Below the pieces are notes generated by a model. It saw only the letters and a list, made by a program, of their open reading frames with translations. It searched no databases and had not been told where the DNA came from. The position numbers and the translations under genes are program-made. Positions 1-11,479 of a DNA stretch of 64,000 bases are shown here, in pieces; position 1 is the first letter of the stretch; each line of letters opens with the position of its first letter. The stretch is from assembly GCF_018350175.1 (NCBI RefSeq), contig NC_058368.1, positions 70,310,001-70,374,000 on the forward strand, given 5' to 3'. Origin of the DNA: Felis catus. Taxonomy: Eukaryota.

Positions 1-154
1 AGGAGATCAATAATTCTGAGTCTTCTTTTGTCCAATTGTATGCTGTATATTCAAGGGCATTATTCTCTCCTTGCTGTTTGCACATATAAGCACAGTTTCT
101 TTCAAACACGGTGCGGATGCCTTTAAACAGAATTACACTAGTCGTGCAACCCAT
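1..154 (-). CDS. DOCK9: Alternative first coding exon (partial, runs off left edge), probably of DOCK9 (zizimin-1, Cdc42 GEF)
   Basis: ATG at 154-152 in strong Kozak context (GGGATGG), first ATG after an in-frame TGA at 208-206. 51 open codons: MGCTTSVILFKGIRTVFERNCAYMCKQQGENNALEYTAYNWTKEDSELLIS. Peptide recalled as a DOCK-D (DOCK9) alternative N-terminus; not verified by search, paralog DOCK11 not formally excluded. Confidence 0.7.
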   Translation of the reverse strand, partial: MGCTTSVILFKGIRTVFERNCAYMCKQQGENNALEYTAYNWTKEDSELLIS

Positions 155-328
155 CCCCAAGGTGTAGATGTTCAGATTTCTAGCAATCTCTACTCCATCT
201 CGACATCATCTTCCTTGGCTCTTCTGAGCAGGCTCCCACTGTACCATCCTCATGACAGGCAGTTGCCGGCACCAGAACAGAAGGGAAGCTCCGAGCTGTT
301 GCACTAGAATCTGCTCCTGCCCAACTGC
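155..328 (-). other. 5' non-coding part of the same exon, with splice acceptor and three uORFs
   Basis: Minus strand has a poly-T tract (334-361), then GTCAG|GCAG (AG at 330-329). uORFs at 253-206, 209-180 and 198-190. Confidence 0.55.
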
Positions 329-1040
329 CTGACAAAAAAAAAAAAAAAAAAAAAAAAAAAACCAGGCTCCGAGTGTCAAACAGGAGGGGTGGTGCAAAAA
401 CCAGATGACACACCTCGGATGCACCAAAATCTTTAAGGTATCGTTTTTTCCAGTAGATTGCTTCCCTGTTAATACCAAAGAACAAATAAGCAGGAGATTT
501 ACATGTGGTTAACTGGGAAACTGCCGGCTCCTGTGGATTTGCTTAGGATTGTTCGGAATCTCAGAACCTGCCCAAAATGAAAAAAATGGTGCCAGACAGC
601 CACCCTGCTGCAGATGCTGCTGGAAGGCACAAAGAATGTTCATCTGCTGCAAGGAATCACTCTCCCAGAATGCTTAGCCCAGCATCTATATTAGCAAACA
701 TCTCTTTCCTTGACCTAAATATGCTGTTTGTTTAATCCTGCATCCGTGAGGAACAGAGAAGCAAAAGGAAAAAAAAAAAAAAAAAGCCCAAAAATGAGAG
801 AAATCACTAAGATGACTGCTGCTATGGAAACATGTGTAAGCCCACTTCAAACAACCTTTTGCATGTGTGGGTAACAGCTTGCTGACAGCAAATCACAAGG
901 GAACACAAAATTGCTGTGTCAATCTTGACTTCTGCCCACTTCCACTCTGCTAGAGAGAGGACTAGCAACTTTGCACTACTTAATACAATTCTCCCATCTC
1001 TGGTACCCAAAGACGCAAATGAGAACGTGCATAGAGTCAC

Positions 1041-1236
1041 CTGATCAGGCTGGACATACACCTTCTGAAGCAGCACTCTAATATGCGACGGTACATACAC
1101 ACGGAAGTCCCACAGTCAACAGGGCTATTATCTGGGGTGCATAAATTAATCCAGGTCCCTGCACTGCAGAATGAACTGGCTAACACTATACTACCATATG
1201 TGTGTCTTCGGCGATGGTGAATAGGGAAACTTGTCA
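1041..1236 (-). other. Candidate upstream exon of the host gene
   Basis: Acceptor-like TATTTTATCAG| at 1238-1237 and donor CAG|GTGACT at 1040. Repeat-free. ATG at 1096 gives MYRRILECCFRRCMSSLI. Confidence 0.35.
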
Positions 1237-2834
1237 CTGATAAAATACTAAATTGACCCTTGCATTCCCCTTCCGAAAACTGAAAAGTAAATTATGTAAA
1301 AAGACTATGATGAACTCACAGGAAAACCCCTCCCACCTACAATATGTATCTAGAAAAAAGTTACTGCTCTTTTAAGATCTGTTCTGAATTCTTCCTTATT
1401 TCACAAGGCAACAGATGGTTTTCATTTTCTATCTACAGATTTCAAAGTTAGAGTGAATTATAATGACTGAGTACCTACTGGTTGGTAACAGAGACCAGTG
1501 TAATGTAATAAAAGCAGATCTTTAGAGAATACTATGTGGTCACATAATCTCAAAATTTCTGTTTTTTATGGTTAGTTTACCTATTAGACCTCACAGATAA
1601 GCAAAAATCTAGGCTTCTTTCTCCTGCATTTTTATGCAAACTTTCTCGAACAGCCACAGAGATCAAAGGAGTAAAGATACTGGCCACATGAAAAAAGAAC
1701 AAAAACAAAACACCAGAGTAACTATACGTGGTCTAGAGCATTCAGCTTCAGAATTGCAATTCTGTTAAAACAGAGCTACCATGTTCAAGACTACACCCAA
1801 GTCCTGACATCAGAACAGCCAATTCTTCATGTGACATCACAATGCTGGCAGATAAATAACATGAAAACTCATCTACACAGAAACTGAATATTGTGGACTA
1901 TAAAACCCTCAACACATGGGTTAAATTACCTATCTTGAGAATTCCAAATGCTCACCATCAATCTTAACTTCTATACTGCAAGGAAAACAATTTAAAAAAT
2001 AATAGTTCACTGAATATAAATAAAGATGATACCTAGAAATTTAAAATTAATTTATTATTGTTACTACCTATTTTAGACATCCTGGGTGCAGAAGCCAGGG
2101 AATATTATTTGAGATACAAAAGATTATGCTTGAACTTTACAAAGGATTATAAATGATAACCAAGCAAATTTTAAAGCTGCTGGTATGTTCTATTTGAATT
2201 ACTTTAAAAACTCCTAAGTTAATATTTAAAACAAGGGGACAGAATGGAACAACTTCCTAACAATCATTCAGAGGAAAAAGAAATATTTCTTAGGGACCAA
2301 CTAATAGGCATTTAAGCAACTTGTATTAATTTTAAATATTAATCATTTTCCAACCAACAAAATCAGTGGGCAAGAAAAACAACAGAAAATATTTAGAGCA
2401 AAGGGTTCGACAAGGCTAAAAATGAGTTTCATGCTGATAGAAGCATGACAAAATGAATCATTCAAATGTGATTTTGGTTTCACTGATTTTTCTGCATCAG
2501 AATGATCTTGGATTAATCTCAAAGGATAATTACCATGAATTCCATCAGAGGACACAGAGATGGTGGCAACCAGTTCAGCCACCTACGGAGTATGCGTTTC
2601 AACTTGGAGATCACATTTGCTCTCTCGTCTTTAAATGTGACTTCTAATTTTCACAATTCCCAAGACTGAAAGTCTGCCCCTGACTCCGTCTCGAGCCCCA
2701 AGCCCATGTCTTCCTCCCCTGCTGACAGTGACACCCGACTCTCCTAGCACCACCTCACCCTCAGATGTTCCAAATCAATCATCTTTTGGTATGACACCCT
2801 GGGATGGTATGTCGGCACAATGACAGATTTTTAA

Positions 2835-3583
2835 GCCATAGGAAGGAATGAAGTAGTGATTTAGGCTACAATATGGACGAACCTGGAAAATGTTATGCAG
2901 AGTGAAAAAAGCCAGTCACAAAAGACCTCCTATCGTAGGCTTCTATTTAAATGAAATGTCTAGAAGAGGCGAATCTGTAGAGAAAGAAAGTCGATGAGTG
3001 GGTGCCAGGGAATGGGGAGTGATTGCTAATGGGCACAGAACTTCTTTTAGGAGAAAAAAAAATGTTCAGATATTGGACACTGTTTCTAACACATCACTGT
3101 CTGCGAATATACTAAAAACCACTGGATTGAACACTTTATACAGGTGAGTTCTATGGTTTGTGAATGTAATAAAGAGCCTGACTCCACTATTGGTCTTTTA
3201 CTACCGACAGCTTTAAGCCTCCCTGCTCTTTTCCCCCTTCTGTCCCACATCTGGACAAACTTGAAAGGAGGTTCCAGGTGGCTCCTTCCTGTGGTCCCAG
3301 CAGGAAATTCAAACCCCTCAGGAACCCTCACCCTGGCCCTACCCGCTAACCGCCACAAAAACCCCAAACCAGGCTCAGGACCTGCTTGGGAGCTGCCCTG
3401 CTCTCCTCAGAGAGCTCATTACGTGAGTAATAAACCTCTTGACACCCTTCTCCTGAGTGCAGTGTCATTAGTGTCAACATTCAAAGCAAATTTGGGGTGT
3501 GAGGGGGCTGGGGGAGGGTCCATCCTCTTTCTGTGGAATGGCCCCAACAGTGACATATATCTCAATAAAGCTGTTACTAAAAA
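2835..3583 (+). mobile_element. Old L1 (L1M-type) 3' fragment, split by an LTR
   Basis: L1 3' motifs (aaggaatgaagta...gctacaatatggacgaacctggaaaa...gccagtcacaaaagacc) and terminus tatatctcaataaagctgtt, which resumes after the LTR. Confidence 0.85.
3165..3549 (+). mobile_element. Solo LTR, ERVL class (MER74/MER73-like)
   Basis: TG...CA ends, 5-bp TSD GTGAA/GTGAC, internal AATAAA near 3429. Confidence 0.8.
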
Positions 3584-3861
3584 TGGGAGAGGGGAGGGAG
3601 ATAACATCTACTCTGCCCACCCTGGAAGGTTGTCAAGTTCAAATAAAATAATAGGTGAGAACTCAACCAAGAAATTGCTGTAAACATGTCAGTAACTATT
3701 GTTTTATATTGCACAAAAGACTTACTGTGTAGCTCGAAACAGCCACCTTGCTTAATGAATTTACAACTTCGGAATGTTGCTCTGGCCCGAATACAGGGAA
3801 TACAGGAATACAGAAGCCAGGGACCAGGGAGTGCCTGGGGCTGCCCTCCGCGTGTGCATTT

Positions 3862-3930
3862 TTTTCCTTCTTTTTTTTTTTAATTTGAGAGAGAGAGCAA
3901 GCGTGCATGGGGGAGAGGGACAGAGGGAGG

Positions 3931-3963
<33 letters not shown>

Positions 3964-4098
3964 AGAGATAGAGAATCTGAAGCAGGTTCCACACTCAGTG
4001 CAGAGCCCTATGCAGGGCTCGATCCCCTGACTCTGGGATCATGACCTGAGCCATAATTAAGAGTCAGCTGCTCATTAACTGAACTACCCAGGTGCCCC
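3862..4098 (-). mobile_element. Carnivore SINE
   Basis: Reverse SINE body, (GA)n tract and poly-T. Confidence 0.9.
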
Positions 4099-4610
4099 AG
4101 GGGGTGCATTTTAACCTAGGAAAGGAGCTCCAGCCTGTATAAACCACCAGGAACCTGAATAAACAGTAAGTTCAGGTAAGACGTGCTGCCCCACTCAACA
4201 ATCACAGCTAACCTCAGCCATTTGGCCACAGAGACCACAGCAAGCAAGTCTCAAGCTCTGAGCCCCGACCCGAAAGAATATCCATCTAGAACTGCTGTTC
4301 CCATGTGCAAGCCTCTCCTTGCCAACAGCCTTTGTGTTTGAAATATGTTCTAAAGGTCGGGTTAGTTTGACAAGTAGATTTACTTCATACTCTCTCAGGA
4401 AACTGTGCATAAGGAAGAATTTTAAATAACACCAAAAACATCAGGAACTACAAGCTAGAATTAATATCATATCTCAAACAGATAGAAGTCTTCTACCTCG
4501 GTCAGACCTTGGGCCCTACCTTACGAGGAGACCAGGAAGGGAGGGAAATTCTGTCCATTCTGCAGTGGCTAAAATGAAGATCTCATGTAATGATAATACA
4601 TCACACTCTA

Positions 4611-4835
4611 GGGGCGCCTGGGTGGCGCAGTCGGTTGAGCGTCCGACTTCAGCCAGGTCACGATCTCGCGGTCCGGGAGTTCGAGCCCCGCGTCAGGCTC
4701 TGGGCTGATGGCTCGGAGCCTGGAGCCTGTTTCCGATTCTGTGTCTCCCTCTCTCTCTGCCCCGCCCCTGTTCATGCTCTGTCTCTCTCTGTCCCAAAAA
4801 TAAATAAACGTTGAAAAAAAAAAAATTAAAAAAAA
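4611..4835 (+). mobile_element. Young felid SINE (SINEC_Fc-type)
   Basis: CpG-intact body; perfect 16-bp TSD aatacatcacactcta (4595-4610, 4836-4851). Confidence 0.95.
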
Positions 4836-5912
4836 AATACATCACACTCTATCTAACTGCCATTACAGTGGCCAAGTCCATAAGAAGAGGTAATCTTCAT
4901 CCCTGACAGTCCATACTACATTTCTCATTGCAGTGAATTCTGCTGAACAAAGAAACTGTATGTAAGTTGGCCTATTACTCCTTATTCATTTTATATTAAA
5001 CAGTATAATCAAAGTTAAGTAGTGTGTCTAGCATAGAGCCTAGTATATACCATATGCTCGATAAATGGTGGTCTCCTCCACGTTTGCCCCAGATTAAAGT
5101 TTTTTCTTCCCATTATACAGTGAGATAGTTCTTCTAAAAATACAAGCACTTCTTACACAAAACTCAGGCATATGAGAATTTAAGATCTAATAAATTCAAA
5201 CTACAAATTCTTTATATCGGTAAAATATGACTCAAAGACAGAAAGGGAGTGTCAGGGAACAAGAAAAGGGAGTTAAGATAGTGAAGAAGGAGTGGAGGTT
5301 TTAGCAATGATCATTAGAAAAAGTTTGTTGTTTTTTTAAGTAAGGGAAATCAAGGAAGTTTTATTACATAAGGACCTTTTTAAAAATAAGGAAAAGGTGA
5401 ACTCTCCGATCATTGTGTATTTCAGGAACATAAAGCTCAAAATTGTGGGAAAGAAGGTAGACTTACAGCATATCTAAATTTATCCATCATTTATCATCCC
5501 CACCTCCAAAACACACGGAAGTGCCACTATCAGTCACGGTGGGATGAACAAAGACGGCAGGTGGGCCTCACAGCCAATGGCACAGACAGGAGTTTTAGAT
5601 CCTCAAAGAGCTCAGTGAAACAAACTAATTTTGGTAAAAATTATCTCTAAAGTCATACCCACACAAAATATTTGAACCAAGCCTGCTGCTAACAGTGGTA
5701 ATTAAATGTTCCCAAAAGTAGACAACACAAAGTTACACATGTGTCTCCATGTTGGCGCTAGAATATTAGAGAGACTATTAGGAAGGTGACAGGTCCCTGT
5801 GGGGTGCTCTGAACATAGAGTGACAAAGTAGGAGTGGATGCAACCAGACTGGCTCTCCAGAACAGAGGGCAGTGGTCCTCCAGAGATGAGCAGACTCTCA
5901 AAAGAAATTAGA

Positions 5913-6120
5913 GGGGTGCCTGGGTGGCTCAGTCGGCTGAGCATCCAACTTCAGCTCAGGTCATGACCTCATGGCTCATGAGTTCGAGCCTCACGTCGGG
6001 CTCTGTGCTGACAGCTCAGAGCCTGGAGCCTGCTTCGGATTCTGTGTCTCCCTCTCTCTCTGACCCTTCCGCATTCATGCTCTGTCTCTCTCAAAAACAT
6101 AAACAAACATTTTTTTTAAA
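5913..6120 (+). mobile_element. Carnivore SINE
   Basis: ggggtgcctgggtggctcag head; (CT)n and A-rich tail. Confidence 0.9.
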
Positions 6121-6533
6121 AATTAGAGAATCTTCCTTTTCAGTACTGGCAGGAGACTGAGTTAAACAGATTTTAAAATAAAACAGAACTCCTAAAGGAA
6201 GAAAAGGTGGAGTTAAGAAGACCAACTTACTTTGCTAGTAGGAATATAAAATGAATATAAAATAGCCACTGTGAAATAGAGTATGGTGATTCCTCACAAA
6301 ATTAAATGAAGAATTACCATATGACCCAGCCATTACACTTCTCAGTAAATGTCCAACAGGGCTGAAAGCAGAGGTCTGAGGAGGTATTTGCACACCCATG
6401 TCCACAGCGGCATCACTCAAATAACCAAGAGGTGGAAACAACCTAAGTGTCCATCTACAAATGAATAGACAGAATGTGGTATATATATATATACAATGGG
6501 ATATTATTCAGTCTTAAAAAGGAAGGACATTCT

Positions 6534-6716
6534 GGGGCGCCTGGGTGACTCCAGTCAAGCGTTCGACTATTGGTTTTCGCTCGGGTCATGATCTCATGGT
6601 TTCATGGGCTCTGTGCTGGCAGGGTGGAGCCTGCTGGGGATTCTCTCTCTCTCCCTCTCTCTCTGCCCCTCCTCTGCCCACTCTGTCTCTCTCAAAAATA
6701 AATTAATTAATTAAAA
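6534..6716 (+). mobile_element. Carnivore SINE (first of tandem pair)
   Basis: SINE head and tail; pair flanked by TSD aaggacattct. Confidence 0.9.
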
Positions 6717-6717
6717 A

Positions 6718-6948
6718 GGGGTGCCTGGGTGGCTCAGTCAGTTAAGCGTCCGACTTCGGCTCAGGTCATGATCTCACAGTTTTTGGGTTCAAGCCCCGCG
6801 TCGGGCTCTGTGCTGACAGCTCAGAGCCTGGAGTCTGCTTTACATTCTACGTCTCCCTCTCTCTCTGCCCCTCCCCCACTTGCATGCTGTCTCTCTTTCT
6901 GTCAAAAATAAATAAACATACATACGTACATACATACATAAATAAAAG
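6718..6948 (+). mobile_element. Carnivore SINE (second of pair) with (TACA)n tail
   Basis: Starts directly in the A-rich tail of the previous SINE. Confidence 0.9.
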
Positions 6949-8016
6949 TAAGGACATTCTTACACATGCTACAATATGGATGAAACTTGAGGACATTATG
7001 CTCAGTAAAATAAGCCAGACACAAAAGAACAGATACCGTACAATGGTGCTTAAATGACACAGCTAGAATAGATACTTTCCTGGAGACAGAAAATGGAATG
7101 GTAGTTACCAGGGGCTGGAAAGAAGGAGGAATGAGGAATTACTGTTTAAAAGGTATAGTTTCAGTATTAGATGACAAAAAAGGTCTGGAGATAGATGGTG
7201 GAAATGGATGGTTGAACAACACTGTGCATGTACCTAATGCCACTGAACTGAGTATTTAAAAATCGTTAAAATGGTAAATTTTATATGTGTGTATATATAT
7301 ATTTTACTATTATAGAAAAAAAAAAACAAACAATGTACTTACTAGACACTGCATTCCTATAACTTCCAGGACCAAGTGAAATGACAGAAAACCAGGAAGG
7401 TACCAGTCTCTCCCCATGTCTGACCCTGGCCCTCACAAAAGGCAGAGGAGTCCAAGGAATAGGCTTCATAATATTTATATTCTAATTATTTCCTCATTCC
7501 ACTTGCTTATGAACCTCTTAGAAAAACCTTCCAGCTATGAACCAGCACAGAAACAAGAGAGCCAAGACTTAAAATCCCGATTCATAGACAACTTCTACAT
7601 GTTTCACAGAGAACTACGAAATGGAGAACCAACACAGCTGAGGGTTCCAATTTATTTATCCCTCGGCTCAGGTAGCTTCAGGCAAAGTCAAAACTTCAAT
7701 GACCATTATGGGAGGTTATGAAGCAAAATCATAGTTGGCGAGGGAGCTCGGTTCTTTGAAGAGAAAGCAATAAATCCGTAAGTGTTGATCCTGTCAAATA
7801 TGAGAAGCTGCCAGAAGAGCTCACCTATTTGCAAAGCTTTCTATCCCCACTGAAACCACAGGGGGGTTGGGGGGGGAGCCTCCGTAGAGGGGGACCGATG
7901 ATGGCACAGATCGTAATGAATGCAATAAGCACCAACGTCCAACTGTAAATGAAATACTGAGTGAAAAACAAGGAAGCTGAGCAAACTCAAAATGGAATAA
8001 TGAAATCAGAACTCAC

Positions 8017-8138
8017 AGTGACCTCCTCCTGGCCTCTACCAGCCTCTTCCAAGGAAATTCTATTTTAGGCAAACATTTGAAAAGATCACTTAGCGGCAAG
8101 GTGTACTGAATGTAAACGACAGAAAAGATACACAGCAT
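8017..8138 (-). other. Candidate alternative exon
   Basis: Donor ACT|GTGAGT at 8016. ATG at 8138 (A at -3) is open to the donor: MLCIFSVVYIQYTLPLSDLFKCLPKIEFPWKRLVEARRRS. Also a strong acceptor TTTTCTGTCGTTTACATTCAG| before 8105. Repeat-free, locally CpG-enriched. Confidence 0.35.
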
Positions 8139-8785
8139 AGTTTATGTACAAAGGCACTCGGGAAACAGCTTGTGTGCTTCAAATACGGAGTTACGGTTGT
8201 GGGAAGGTTGTTCTTATATGCGAAGAGAGAGACTAAAATTCAGAATCTACGCACCTCAACTCCTCGTATCTCACATTTTAGCAGCTGAGTATTTCACATC
8301 TTTTGCTGTCGTGTCAATATAGAAATACTGCCTCAAACATAATTAAAAACTTCTTGAGGGGTAAAAAGGAAAACATAAACAGGCAATCTGAATTTATCAT
8401 TTTTAAAACTAATATAGTCAGATTTTCAGTTCGATTAATCAAAAGGTAAATAATGAGAAATAAAGATACTGCAATGGTTACCTTCCCAAATTATAGAAGG
8501 GAAAATGCAACTTTTCAAAATATTCCTATGGCTTTGAAAAAACAGAGTAAACAGACTCAAAATAAAATACGTACTCCTTTGTCAAGGCTTCTGGTCAAGT
8601 CAGAAGGAACTAGACATATGCTATATCCCTGCTCATAAGGCTCAGGAAGCTCTATTCTCTGAGCCCTTGTGAGTTTTTTATTTCTTTTTGCAAAGACACA
8701 AAATTCAGGACTTTATATGATTTATATATAGCCTATGGTTGGGCTATACTTAACTGTAACTGTGTTTTAAAAGAATGGTACTTTG

Positions 8786-8971
8786 GGGGACACCTGGGCG
8801 GCTCAGTCAGTTGAGCATCTGACTCCTGATTTTGACTCAGGTCATGATCTCATGGTTCATGAGCTTGAGCCCCGTGTCAGGCTCTGCTCTGACACCACAG
8901 AGCCTGCTTGGGATTCTCTCTCTTCCTCTCTCTCTGCCCCCTGCCCCCAGTCTCTCTCCTCTCTCTTAAAA

Positions 8972-9002
<31 letters not shown>

Positions 9003-9032
9003 ACAAACAAACAAACACTTCAAAAAAAAAAA
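8786..9032 (+). mobile_element. Carnivore SINE with (TAAA)n/(CAAA)n tail
   Basis: TSD aaagaatg(g/t)tactt. Confidence 0.9.
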
Positions 9033-9214
9033 AAAGAATGTTACTTCGAATAAACATTTCCTGATGTGTAAGTGAATTTCACTCAGTCAGAGACGTGAGA
9101 AACTTCCCGGGAAAACACTCTCCACCTGAGACTTGGACAGATCACAGATACTGCATCCCTCCATGCCAACTAAAAATAGGACCCAAATAAGATATACAAT
9201 TGAGCAATAAGTAA

Positions 9215-9985
9215 ATGAAAAGTCATCAGAGAAGTATAAATCAAAACCATCACATAGCACTTCGTATCTACTAGGACAGCTAAAAAAGATAATTATAAGT
9301 GTTGGTGAGGATACGGACAAATTGGATTCCTCATACACTGTCGGTGGGAATGTAAAATAGGGCAGCTACTTTAGAAAACAATCTGGCAATTCCTCACTCA
9401 AATATAGAGTTACCATATGAACCAACAATTCTACTCCTAGCTATACACCCAAGAGAGTTGAAAATATATGTCCATACAAAAGCTCGTACATGGATGTTCT
9501 TAACAGTATCATTCATGATAGCCCCAAAGCAGAAACAACCCAAACGTCATCAACTGATGAACGATATGTAAAATGTGGTATATCCATGCAACGGATTATT
9601 GTCCAGTAATAAAAAGGAATGAAGTACTGACACATGCTACAACGTAGATGAACCTTGAAAATACCATGTTAAGTGAAAGAAGCCAGTCACAAAGGATCAC
9701 ATATTATATGATTCTGTTGGTATGAAATGTCCAGAACAGGCAAATCTTCAGACACAAAAAATAGATCAGTGGTTGCCTTGGGCTAGGGGAACGGGTAAGG
9801 TGGAACAGGAGGGTAACAGCTGAGGGGTACAGGGTTTCATTTGGGGGTAACAGAAGCGTTCTGAAATTAATTATAGTGGTAGATACACAACACTGTGAGT
9901 ATACTGAAAACCACTGGATTGTACACTTTAAATGGGTGAACTGTATAGTACGTGAATCGTATCTTGATAAAGCTGTTTAAAAAAA
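9215..9985 (+). mobile_element. Old L1 3' fragment
   Basis: ORF2 C-terminal and 3'UTR motifs, ending gataaagctgtttaaaaaaa. Confidence 0.9.
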
Positions 9986-10898
9986 CACAAGACCTATCAG
10001 GCACACCTATAAAAAGCTGAATTTATCTAGAAAGCACTCTATCCTTAACACTGTTATCTTTCCAAAACATATCACTATCCCCAACACAGTGAATTCTCAA
10101 AAGTACAGAAGATAAAGGGGGAAGATGATTTCTTTAGCAAGCAAGCTATCTATCTGCTTTATATTCACAGCGCACACAAGGGAAACCTTTTGTCTGCTCT
10201 ATAACTTTGGCTCGTACATTTTGTTAGGCAAGGTCTGGGTCTGGGTTGAGCCATCTATCCCAATTCACTTATCCCAAAAATAAAGAAATTTCATTTAAAG
10301 ATCTTTTCCCACAAATTTTTCATCTCTGCTTTAACCACAAGGCTCTCAAAACCCAAGGGGAAAAAAACTGCATGGAGAGAAAAAGAGGAAGGAGGAAAAG
10401 AGATTATTAACAGGGGATCTGAAATTTTATTCAAATCACAGAATTGGGTCTATTTAGGTCATTCCAGTCACCTGAACTACATAGGAGATTAGCACTTTAA
10501 ATGTAAATTTTAAGGTAAAATTTAAAGAAAACATTATATAAATAGCGCTTGGCACATCCTTAACAGAGTATGTTACATGGACCTATGCCAGACACTGAGA
10601 CAGAATTCAGTCACGAGATCTCACCTAACCTTCTAAACAACTCTAAAAGTGAAGTTTTATAGGTGATCTCACTCATGATTGACACCCCTTGACCTTGTTA
10701 CAAGCAAACAAGATTTCCAGAGAAACCCATCTTCATAGGACCACTAAAGGACTGCAACCAACACCGACATCAAGTGGGGTGAGATGACTGACAAACCACA
10801 GGGGGTTGGAGATAAGTAACCCACAAGTTCAAATGCATCCTTAGACCAACAGCTTTCAAAGTACTGTCACCATGAATTATATCAAGAAGTGACTTGTA

Positions 10899-11118
10899 GG
10901 GGCACCTGGATGGCTCAGTCAGTTAAGCATCCAACTTTGGCTCAGGTCATGATCTCGCGGCTCGTGGGTTCAAGCCCCGAATCGGACTCTGTGCTGACAG
11001 TTCGGAGACTGGAGCCTGCTTCAAATTCTGTCTCTGTCTCTCTCTCCCTTCCCCTCCCCTGCTTGCACACTGTCTCTTCCTCTCTCTCTCTAATATAAAC
11101 ATTAAAAAAATTTTTTTA
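10899..11118 (+). mobile_element. Carnivore SINE
   Basis: TSD aagtga(c/a)ttgta. Confidence 0.9.
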
Positions 11119-11204
11119 AGTGAATTGTAAATGATACAGTAAATGTGTATAAGAACATTCCCCCCCAAAAAATGTACCCATAGAACATATATTACCCTAC
11201 ATTA

Positions 11205-11390
11205 TTTTCTTTTTTTTTTAATGTTTATTTATTTGGGAGGGAAGGGGCAGCGAGAGAGGGAAACAAAGGTTCTCAAGCAGGCTCCATGCTGACAGCAGAG
11301 AGCCCGATTTGGGGCTCGAACTCACAAACCGTGAAATCATGACCTGAGCCAAAGTCGGACGCTTAACCTACTGAGCCAACCAGGTACCCC
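11205..11390 (-). mobile_element. Carnivore SINE
   Basis: Reverse SINE body and poly-T. Confidence 0.9.
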
Positions 11391-11479
11391 TACACTTTAT
11401 TATGTTCTATTCCAGACTCTCTAATCTATTCTAGCTCACTAGAGGGAAGAAAAGAAGGGAAGGAGGGAGGAAATCGGTC

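Larger units (their letters stand above)
6255..7320 (+). mobile_element. Old L1 3' fragment, interrupted by two tandem SINEs
   Basis: gaattaccatatgacccagc...ggtggaaacaacctaagtgtccatc...aaaatggtaaattttatatg motifs. Confidence 0.85.

Noticed and set aside
3144..3683. 179-aa ORF
   Set aside because: Spans L1, LTR and flank; non-ATG start; no recognisable domain.
4611..4700. tRNA genes (A/B-box-like heads, here and in other copies)
   Set aside because: They are tRNA-derived SINE heads followed by (CT)n, A tails and TSDs.
5924..6160. Recurrent MAQSV... and ...ERERE... ORFs that look like a protein family
   Set aside because: All are translations of SINE copies or (GA)n tracts.
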